NCBI GenBank assembly: GCA_002256025.1
Contig: NKIB01012576.1
Span: 55,625-75,624 of the forward strand
DNA length: 20,000 bases
DNA from: Asterionella formosa
Taxonomy: Eukaryota
Direction: 5' to 3'
This document shows positions 10,571 to 18,941 of this stretch, in pieces. The position numbers were made by a program, and so were the translations under genes. Position 1 is the stretch's first letter; the number at the start of each line of letters is the position of its first letter. The notes under the pieces are model-generated. The model had not been told where the DNA came from. It made no database searches and was given only the letters and a program-made list of their open reading frames with translations.

Positions 10571-10854
10571 GCAAGTTGCGGTCATTATCCTGAAACGGAC
10601 AGTGTGTCATCGGACAGGGGCTAAACGTCGTCAATGCATAGCACGACTCAGCGAAATAAATAACATAATTATTCCCGTTGCAAAAACAAGAGAACACACA
10701 GCATATGACTACCGGTATGCCTTTCAGGAAATTCCTATGAATTTCTTCTACTATTTATTTGGCTCAAAAATCGTCCTATGAATAGGAGACGTCCTTTTTA
10801 TAATGATTAATCGTGCCCTTGTCTGTCCATTTTAGGAAAATGACCGCGACTTGC
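10571..10854. mobile_element. MITE (284 bp) with GCAAGTTGCGGTCATT... terminal inverted repeats, copy A
   Basis: 32-bp TIRs at 10571-10602 and 10823-10854 (4 mismatches), with weaker inverted similarity further in. The interior is homologous to 15380-15490. No TSD visible. Confidence 0.8.
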
Positions 10855-11015
10855 CGGTACACTGGTATATACCCCGGTACCTAGTACCGGTACGTCCGGC
10901 AGTCTACTTATCAATGCTCTGTCGTTGCTTGGTATGGACGGATCGAATGAACGAGCGCGATTTTATCTGTTTTTCCCCTGGTGTGCTTGTGAGAGCCTTT
11001 CAACAACAATTACCA

Positions 11016-11825
11016 ATGGAGCAATCACTAGGCTCGACAAAATTCAGTACTCCAACAAAGGCGCCGCCTTCGAAGCAAAAGAAAAATGAATCATCAACGA
11101 ACAGTTCCAAATCAAACACAAACACGAAGAGTAACCAAATGGTACCAGGGATAATGCCGGTAGCACCTTCCTACATGACACCAACGAAAGCATCCTTATC
11201 CTATGCACAATATTACTGCAATCAACCCCCTATGCAACCAAAACGAGTTTATTTGATTCGTCACGGAGAATCCATGGGACAGACCGCTCGTCACTTGCAA
11301 ATGGATCGCCGGCGAGACTCCATGCTACGCGATTGTGGTCTAACCGAAAAGGGGATCCTACAAGCCAGTGCCTTGTCAGAAAATTTCGGGCACAAGGTGG
11401 ATGTTGTTATTTCATCACCACTAACTAGAGCCATACATACGGCCATGTTGGGATTTGTGGGTGTCCCTATTATCATTGATTATGCGTTGGCAGAAATGGG
11501 GAGCAAAGTTCCTGAAAATCATCCTCGGTCGTCCACGCAAGTGCTGCGAGATTTGAAGCATCATGTCAGTGGATCGATCGATACCACCACCTATGCACAG
11601 CCTGATGGATGGCCCGACTCCAGTATGTACGATGGTGATTTGAACAAACAACAGCGAGTGATGCGATCCATGAAAGCATTGGCACAGCGACCAGAAGCCA
11701 CTATTGCAATTGTGTGCCACTTTCATGTTATTCAAACCATTTTGAAAGATTGGACCATAAGGCCAGTAAACGCATCACCCTTGGTGTGTACATTACATCC
11801 CGATGGTCGAGTAGAACTATCGTAG
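11016..11825 (+). CDS. Histidine phosphatase / phosphoglycerate-mutase-like protein, ~269 aa
   Basis: RVYLIRHGES, LTEKGILQA, SSPLTRAIHTA and IVCHFHVI motifs. ATG 11016 follows a CAACAACAA leader. The start is uncertain (ATGs also occur upstream and downstream). Confidence 0.85.
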   Translation: MEQSLGSTKFSTPTKAPPSKQKKNESSTNSSKSNTNTKSNQMVPGIMPVAPSYMTPTKASLSYAQYYCNQPPMQPKRVYLIRHGESMGQTARHLQMDRRRDSMLRDCGLTEKGILQASALSENFGHKVDVVISSPLTRAIHTAMLGFVGVPIIIDYALAEMGSKVPENHPRSSTQVLRDLKHHVSGSIDTTTYAQPDGWPDSSMYDGDLNKQQRVMRSMKALAQRPEATIAIVCHFHVIQTILKDWTIRPVNASPLVCTLHPDGRVELS

Positions 11826-12221
11826 GTCCGACTTCGTTTAGAAAAATTTTCAATGCTGGACTCGCTTGTCGAGGTGGAAAGGTAATCGAACAACAAGCGA
11901 GGTGCAGTCAGTACCGTGATGATTAACAACAAAGTGGAAACAAGTTGGTATTATGAACAACATAAATCAATATGACTATCGGTGCCAGTATACCGATACT
12001 GCGACCATTAATTACGATAATGATTAGGTCTACCATCAGGTGGACTGCTATAACCGGCACAAATACTATTTTGCATTTCATATTACTGGTACCGCCCAGG
12101 TATCCAATAAGGCATGGCAATTCTACCGGACATCATTCGACTCAGGATATCAGGTTAAATTAATGCACCAAGCAACAACCCATCCCCATTAGTTCTTTCC
12201 ATTAGGTTGTATGCTATCAGT

Positions 12222-13598
12222 TTACCTGAATCCCTTTCCCTCCCCCGCATTCGGAAACCGCGCAACTCGGGCGTTGTCTGGATTCCTTCGACCAGGCGAG
12301 GCAATACCAAGGTACGAAGGTCCTCCTGGACTAATATTCATGCTATCCAACAAATTGTAATCCAATAAGGAACCGTCTTGGGCTTGGACATAACTTTCCA
12401 AAGCCATTCGTCTTCCTAGATCGGAGCGGGCACCTGGAATACTATCTTGCAATCGACCGCCTGACGATACGGCCCACAGAGATGCCTGTCTAATAGCGTC
12501 GGCTGTCCCTTTGTCACCCAATGTTGCCTGGAGCGTTTGAAGTGCGGCCTGAGTTTCAGGATCACGTGTACCGGGCCGAACTAACTGTGGAAGCTGATGA
12601 AACGAGTCATCACGAAGGGCTAGGGGAAAACCCCGCTCATTGACTCTTGCCACAAGTGATGATGGTGAAGTATTGTCAGGAACGATGCGTCCATATGACG
12701 ATAATAGTCTAGACTCTACGCCGAAGCGGTCAAGATTGTATGAGTTTGGTGATATGTGTTGCTCAAGAAGTAGCTCGCGGTGATCGTTGCTTGCTTGTTG
12801 AGCCCGAAGAGCATTTCGTGTTATTTCTGCACGTTTCCTCAAATGGGCTAACGCTTCTTCTGTTTTTCTGATCGACGACATGGCAGCTGAGTTCATGAAC
12901 TGCTGATTTGATTGTTCCATCACCATTTGACTTTGTAATCGCCTTATGGCGTGACCTTGAATAGAGTCCATTTGGTGCAACATCTCGAAGCCTCCTGTTC
13001 TTCCTCCGCGGGGAGCAGCTGCCATCATTGATTGCTCCAAAGATCGATGCCAACCAGGATTTCTGCTCTCATTCGTCAATGACCCGGCGTTGGAAGGAAA
13101 ATCCAGAAGCATGTTTCTTCTCTGTTCTAAAAGAGTCGAAGGAGGCATTGGATCAAACGCTGGTTGCATAAGGTTTGCACTGTGATTCCTTGCCCTGGCC
13201 GCGGTTTCTTGAAGTAGAATCTTCGTCGACAACATTTCCTTATGCTCACGTTTCTGTTCCAGGGCTCGTTTGTCTCGAATAGCATGGCCAACTTTTTCAA
13301 TCGCACATTTTCTCTCCACAGTGAACCACGTTTTCGTGGCAGGGTCCTGCTTCAAAAATCGGCCGCCTTCTGCGACGATCACGTCGGCAATATCTGACAC
13401 GATTACCATCTTTTCAATCCGAGACTTGCAACTTTCGTAGCCCTGAAGTCGTTGTGCAACAATCTCTCGAAACCTGCGGTTTCCAATGTGATTCCAACAC
13501 GCTGCTCCTCGGCCCAGTAGCACATCGTGTTGTGTGATTTCTCGAATACCTGTTTCCTGCTCAGTTTCTCTTTCGTCGTCGTCAACGACAGCACTCAT
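12222..13598 (-). CDS. DUF6824 domain protein (diatom-expanded family), ~458 aa
   Basis: DVLLGRG..NHIGNRRFR..Y..EK..GGRFLK..W..EKVGHAIRD signature followed by a low-complexity tail. Likely ATG at 13598, after AAACAAACAAAC. Confidence 0.88.
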   Translation of the reverse strand: MSAVVDDDERETEQETGIREITQHDVLLGRGAACWNHIGNRRFREIVAQRLQGYESCKSRIEKMVIVSDIADVIVAEGGRFLKQDPATKTWFTVERKCAIEKVGHAIRDKRALEQKREHKEMLSTKILLQETAARARNHSANLMQPAFDPMPPSTLLEQRRNMLLDFPSNAGSLTNESRNPGWHRSLEQSMMAAAPRGGRTGGFEMLHQMDSIQGHAIRRLQSQMVMEQSNQQFMNSAAMSSIRKTEEALAHLRKRAEITRNALRAQQASNDHRELLLEQHISPNSYNLDRFGVESRLLSSYGRIVPDNTSPSSLVARVNERGFPLALRDDSFHQLPQLVRPGTRDPETQAALQTLQATLGDKGTADAIRQASLWAVSSGGRLQDSIPGARSDLGRRMALESYVQAQDGSLLDYNLLDSMNISPGGPSYLGIASPGRRNPDNARVARFPNAGEGKGFR

Positions 13599-14300
13599 GT
13601 TTGTTTGTTTGTTTCTGATACGCTCAGCTATGACCGACCTATTAGATGTCAGAGGAAGGTATTGGTCCGGTGTTATCTCAAACGACAAATCGTCATAACT
13701 TATCATGCTTTTGTTTGTATACACAGCAGTATGTAACGAGAAGCGTATACGTAATTCTGTTCGCATATTCAATAGGCACATCACGCAGAAAACATGACAG
13801 TTGCGTTTTCCCAAACGCCAGTGTTCACCGCAGAGTGATGTAACTTCAGCCACGATTGATTTAAAACCATTCTTTGGAGTCTGATCAAATCTGACCTTGC
13901 AAGACTTACCCGTTAAGGCATGTGCCTTTTGTAATAAAATAGGACCAGGACATTTGCATTATTGGGCAATGAAAATTCTACAGTAATTTTGTTCTGTATG
14001 TGTAGCAAGTATGAACAACCGTAAAAACTGTACAGTAAAAAAACCGACTCAGAACCGCGGAGAATCAAACAGAGCGATTCTTCGTAAACTAATCCTCGAT
14101 TGGTTGCTGTCGTCCCGAACTACTCTGAATGCAGTACATACTCGAACCACCTAAATAAACCTGATCCAGAATTCAAATAAGAATATAAACGTGAAACGGT
14201 GTATCGTATAAATATGCTTGACGTGTGACATATGACTGATTATATATACAGATAATTTACATTTTCCAATGCCTGAAAAGCATCCCAACATCCTTTCAAC

Positions 14301-14351
14301 AGGTACCAGGGTCCCAGATACCACCGGTACCAGTACCAGGTACCAGGTACC
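14301..14351. repeat. (GGTACCA)n-type array
   Basis: AGGTACCAGGGTCCCAGATACCACCGGTACCAGTACCAGGTACCAGGTACC. Confidence 0.8.
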
Positions 14352-14676
14352 GAGCGTTCAGCAAGTGAACACGGAATTTTATGTAGTACCAGCACCGGAA
14401 CACTCAACCGGTGTCTACCAATAGTGACAAACCAAAACACAAACGTCTAGTAACAGGGTATACCGGTAGTAAGTATTTAGGGATTGATGGCTAGATTTGA
14501 ATAGTGTTTGGGTTTCTAAATAGTTACTGGTAGTACATCACCTTTGCGAATGTCATTGCAGTCATCAATTACCGCACCCGTTCAAGAGCTAACCGGTCTG
14601 TCCTTCAAACGCATGATACATTTATGTCGAAAATGGTTCACCTGTGCACTCCATTGTCTCAACTTTCAATATTTTT

Positions 14677-14826
14677 AGTACCATAGTACTGTACTCCGTA
14701 TGTAGTCCGGCGAACCTGCAGTACCCTGGTACCAGGTGCCAGGTAACCAGGTACCTGGTACACATCACCTGACCCGTCACAATAACCTGCGACTCCCTGG
14801 TACCGGTACTCCGTACTAACGGTACG
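14677..14826. repeat. Cluster of TA-C(n)G-TA / GGTACCW units
   Basis: TACCATAGTACTGTACTCCGTA, TACCCTGGTACCAGGTGCCAGGTAACCAGGTACCTGGTA and TACCGGTACTCCGTACTAACGGTA. Confidence 0.75.
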
Positions 14827-15345
14827 TGACCACAATGTTATTCCCAGCACATGAAAACCGGTATTACCCACGTTGACGGGGCTTTGTTCGATCGTGTCAT
14901 TGTCCGATAGCACTTCGTTTCATCTACCGGTAGTTGGTGTTGGTATGAATATGCATGTAGGTATACCATACTGAATTGCCAGGTAGAGTTGCGGGAAAAG
15001 ACTAGGTACTTTTACTGGTCAGTTCTTGGTATACCTCAGTGTATGTCGGGCGTATGCTCAACGGGGAAAACCGTTACGTGTAGTCCTGCGAGGTCTGTCA
15101 TATGACATGCAGGCGCCTGGTGCTACCGCCTGTAGAACCAGCGCGCATTTCAATTGTGAGTACGGATGGAGTATCTGAGGGAAAAAGCGCCAAGGGGTTA
15201 GAACAACTGAGCCACGACACAGCGCAAGACAACAACACGCACTCGGGGTGCTTGCACCAGTACTTTACTTGGTTAGCTATTGTCGCATGAGTGCTTCGCT
15301 TATATGCGGTTTTTCACTTTGGCCAGAAAAAATAAATTTGGAGAC

Positions 15346-15643
15346 TTCAGGAAATTCCATACATTTCTTTACGTTTCCTGAAGTTCATAGGAATTTCCTG
15401 AAAGTCATATTCACATGCTGTGTGTTCTCGTTTTGCAATTAGAAGAATTCCGTTAATTATTTCGCTGAATCATGGTATGAATAGAAGATGTTCTTTACAT
15501 ATATATATGTAAAATATGTTGCTGTTCAGTAACACATTGTTTGTTACAACAACCAGATGCAGTGGTCATTTTCCTTAAATGAACAATTTAATATGATATA
15601 AAAAGAGCTGAATCTTCATTTGATTAAAATTACCGCAACTTGC
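15346..15643 (-). mobile_element. Diverged/rearranged copy B of the GCAAG-TIR MITE
   Basis: 15380-15490 aligns with the reverse complement of ~10625-10745. TIR end AAAATTACCGCAACTTGC at 15626-15643 and an extra TIR-like piece at ~15560-15585. Left boundary uncertain. Confidence 0.7.
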
Positions 15644-15684
15644 AGGCGTGTCCATTGCTTACAACGCTGGAAAATAACTCGTGA

Positions 15685-15912
15685 CTCAAATACTTTCCAA
15701 AATCCGTTCTTGGTGGGGGATTCCCTGGTTGCATTGGATCTATTGATTGTGCTCATTTCTTTTGGAATTGCTGTTCTGCTGGACTAATCACTCAATGTAA
15801 GGGAAAGGAGAAGGCACCAATGCTTGACTTTCAAGTCATAGTTTCATATACAAACAAAGTTCTATTTGTTTCAGATGTCCATTTCGTTTGTAACAAAGAC
15901 AAAGCCATTGCA
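15685..15912 (+). pseudogene. PIF/Harbinger DDE transposase fragment
   Basis: GFPGCIGSIDCAHFFWNCCSAGLITQCKGKEKAPMLDFQVIVS...NKDKAIA matches the Harbinger GFPGxxGSIDCxHxxWxxCP...GK..P...ND pattern. Truncated on both sides. Confidence 0.85.
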
Positions 15913-16310
15913 GAAAAACCTACCAATATTCAGTGGTTCAAATCTTTGATCAAAGAACATTTTACCAGACAGGAACTTGGCATTCTACTACATAAACATT
16001 TGGGTGGCTGTGTGGTGTGGTTGGGGAGATGATAAGACAGCAGGTCGATACTTAGAAGCGGGCATGGAAGATTTTATGAAAGTTATGAATCTATGGTTGG
16101 GAAGATGCTAAATTTTGTAGAGATGATCGGCCCAGTAGGTGCCAACGCATGTTGCGAACTATTACATCACATAGAAAATCCGGGCGAGGCTCAATGGAAT
16201 GCTGTAAAAGATTGCTTGGATACATTTCAATGGGTTTTTTCATCGGAAGCTGAAAATGAGACTACCTCGAACAATGAGAGTTCAAGACATTGTGGATAGT
16301 TCATTTGGTA
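15904..16310 (+). pseudogene. Ty1/copia (CoDi-like) reverse transcriptase C-terminus and start of RNase H, frameshifted
   Basis: KP..IQWFKSLIKEHFT.QELG.L.KHLG / WGDD..GRYLE..MEDF / YESMVGKMLNFV..IGPVGANACCEL..HIENPGEAQWNAVK / KLKMRLP..RVQDIVDSSF. Confidence 0.8.
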
Positions 16311-16525
16311 GGGAAATGGCTTAATTGGTTTGTATACCTCAAGAGGTGGCAGGTTTGATTACTGCATTCTTCACCTGTCTTTTTTTAATGTTGTCCCAAG
16401 GCTTCTGAGGGGTGCGTACTAAGACTGACAAAGATAAAGGTCCCGTTCTACTGTATGGACACATAAAACTAGTACTAATTGTTTCCATTCAAGTGGGCAT
16501 AAGTGCAATTATTGGATAGCTTTAA

Positions 16526-17729
16526 GGTTGCTGCATTTGAAACCCTAGGCAAAAATTAAAATATTGCTTAGGGTTGCCAAAATTCCCTGGAATTAAGAAT
16601 TTAATTAGCTATTTTTGAATGACGTGATTCCATTTGAAATATTTAAATCAGTGGAAATCTGCGAATACGTACATAGATTCCTTGTCGAAATCGCTAAATA
16701 TATATATAGGCACTCTTAGTCGCTGTATGTATATATACTCCGATTAACGATTTTATATGCTATGCATTGAATCCGTTCGAAATATTCAAATCGTTTAATA
16801 TAGATACCAGTATACATATTTAGATTCTACATCCCTTCATGTGCATACACCAGTACTACAATCCATACTCCGATCGACGACTATGGGTAAAGTATACGAC
16901 CCGGCGGCTCAGCAGCTCGGCAAATATTTGAAAGTGCACTCAAGGAGCGGTACGCTTATGTCCAATGATGATCATCAACTGGTACCAGGTACCCGTCGTG
17001 AATATAGCACCGGTCTGTCAGTACACCCAAGAAAATGTTACATGTTTATCCAATGTGGCCGGTGTGGGTTTGCAAGACCTCGCAAACCAGGCCAATCAAA
17101 CAGAGGAATGTAATTCACATTCACCAATCATATTATATATGTGGAAGCGGGCACTTACAATGGAACTTTTTGGACAGGAGATTTTGGGACTTAAAATTCC
17201 GGCACACGACTACCATTCCGATGATGACGTTTCGGCACTAAATAATTCTGATTCCGATATTTTGGCGACTGTAGAAAAGGCCGATTTTGTCAAGTTTTTG
17301 GACGACGATAGCTAAACGTTGGCTGGGTCTGACGGCGATTTAGATACATACCGGTAGGCAACTTTCAAATAGCATCAGTATGTAACTTCTGGCGAGAAAC
17401 TGCAGAACAAAGGAACTTCGTTTTTTTTACTTTGCCAAATAAACAGATTTCCCCGAAATTTTCGAGTCTTTTTAGCCAAGTTTAAAAAACCGAAGTTCCT
17501 TTCTGCAGTTTCTGACCAGATCCTATATACTGACGATATATAGAGTGGACCTACAACCCTACTTTGTCCGAAGACTGTATGTAAGCATATGGAAAGGGTG
17601 TGTATTGGTGAAAGTTTCGTTGAGCGTTATACATATTTAATTTGTATGTGAAAAGTATGTGTTTGATTAGTCTGACTGAATATTATTTTATTAACCCTAC
17701 CTCGAGCTAGGGATTCAAATGCAGCAACC
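16526..17729. mobile_element. Non-autonomous DNA transposon, 1204 bp, TTAA TSD, GG...CC termini (Kolobok-like)
   Basis: TIR GGTTGCTGCATTTGAAACCCTAG (16526-16548) versus the reverse complement of 17707-17729 matches 22/23. TTAA at 16522-16525 and 17730-17733. Confidence 0.8.
17357..17551. mobile_element. Fold-back MITE (~195 bp) flanked by TA
   Basis: Long inverted arms (TCAGTAT..TCTGG..AGAAACTGCAGAA..AGGAACTTCG.TTTTTT and its reverse complement at ~17470-17533) around a ~25-bp centre. TA at 17355-17356 and 17552-17553. Confidence 0.78.
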
Positions 17730-17754
17730 TTAAAATACAATAAAAATTTAATTA

Positions 17755-17955
17755 ACATTTTTGGATAGTTCATTCAGTGACAATCCTGACACTCAGGAAG
17801 TCAACAAGTGCCTGCATGGGAACAATTTGGTTCTCTTTTGATTAATTGGATTTCAAAAGGTCAGCCAATTGTGGCAGTATTGAGCACTGCAGATGAATAT
17901 GTGGCTTTATCGGAAGGATCTAAAAAAACAACCTGTATTACAAATCTACTTAACT
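17755..17955 (+). pseudogene. Ty1/copia RNase H fragment (continuation of 15904-16310)
   Basis: LDSSFSDNPDT/RKSTS../GSLLINWISKGQPIVAVLSTADEYVALSEGSKK...ITNLL, with two frameshifts. Matches copia DSD.A..D.RKSTSG...W.SK.Q..VALST.EAEY.AL. Confidence 0.85.
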
Positions 17956-18204
17956 GTTAAACGATTTCTTAACAGCTGCCGAGTCGGGGAATATTTGTCG
18001 GTTTTGGGAACGAGTACAGTACGAGAATAAGCAAAATTACCGCAACTTGCTGGTTCTGTAGACCTACATGATATTGCATCTATTTCAAATGTACAGGTAC
18101 TAAAATATAAGAATATTTTCGACTCCTGTTCCGTTCCTAAATTCCATCCTCGCTCATGGCTCGATGCAATAGCTGCGACTAGCTAGTCTACTTCACTTTC
18201 AAGA

Positions 18205-18941
18205 ATGGTTCTTTTGTTATTGTGCTGCATTTTCGCGCTGCTGTCGATCCTTCGTATCGCCTTCGTTTTGCAGCAAATTCGGAGCAGACGGCTGTCGCTA
18301 GCGCGTCCGCCACGATCCAAGGCACCCATCAAGACCCTCGTTGTTCTCGGATCCGGAGGTCATACCACGGAAATGTTGCAGCTATTGAGCAACTTGGACC
18401 CACACATATACGCACCAATGATTTACGTCGTAGCCGATACAGACGATACATCTGAACGCCGGTACAAGGCAGCTGGCGGAAGACAGCCCGATGTCGTCTT
18501 CACAATTCCTCGGAGCCGCGAAGTCGGGCAATCTTACCTGTCGTCAATTGGATCCACACTATACTCTTTTGTTTTTTGTTGTCGGCTAGTGTTTCGAATC
18601 CGACCGAATTTGCTCCTTTGTAATGGACCTGGTACATGTTTGCCAGTTGCGATTTGTACGCTATTTTATCGGATCCTTGGTTGGTGTGAAGGTAACTTAG
18701 TCTTTGTCGAGTCATTTTGTCGAGTTGCAAGGTACGCAAATATGTTCCCAATTCCTTCATGATGTGCGAATGTTTCATAATTTTCTGACCGAACCTGGTT
18801 TTTATTAGTCTCTCCCTTACTGGAAGACTATTGTATCCAGTTGCGGACCTTTTTGTAGTTCACTGGGATGAACTACATGCCAGATATCCTCGATCAACGA
18901 CAGTCTCTACTTTTGTTCCCAACAAATCAAAGTTTTCATGA
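18205..18941 (+). CDS. ALG14: UDP-N-acetylglucosamine transferase subunit ALG14, two exons (18205-18731, 18809-18941), ~219 aa
   Basis: N-terminal TM, VVLGSGGHTTEM, IPRSREVGQSY, NGPGTC and FVESFCRV. Intron 18732-18808 (GTACGC...CTGAC...TTAG) restores SLSLTGRLLYPVADLFVVHWDEL..RYP. Confidence 0.93.

Larger units (their letters stand above)
16311..17754 (+). mobile_element. tRNA-derived SINE-like element, copy 2 (16311-16525 + 17734-17754), interrupted by a DNA transposon
   Basis: TGGCTTAATTGG A-box-like, GCAGGTTTGATTACTGC T-arm, CATTCTTCACCTG and a downstream body homologous to copy 1. A-rich tail at 17734-17754. Flanks 16287-16310 and 17755-17779 are a degenerate direct repeat with a 13-bp identical core, TGGATAGTTCATT. 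Confidence 0.72.

Noticed and set aside
10851..11015. N-terminal ORF extensions (also 8407-8646 and 13599-13853)
   Set aside because: They begin at non-ATG codons, and this one translates a MITE end and GGTACC repeats. Downstream ATGs have better context.
16841..17315. Short ORFs as KolX or a Harbinger Myb-like second protein
   Set aside because: No recognisable motifs; cannot be supported without a profile search.
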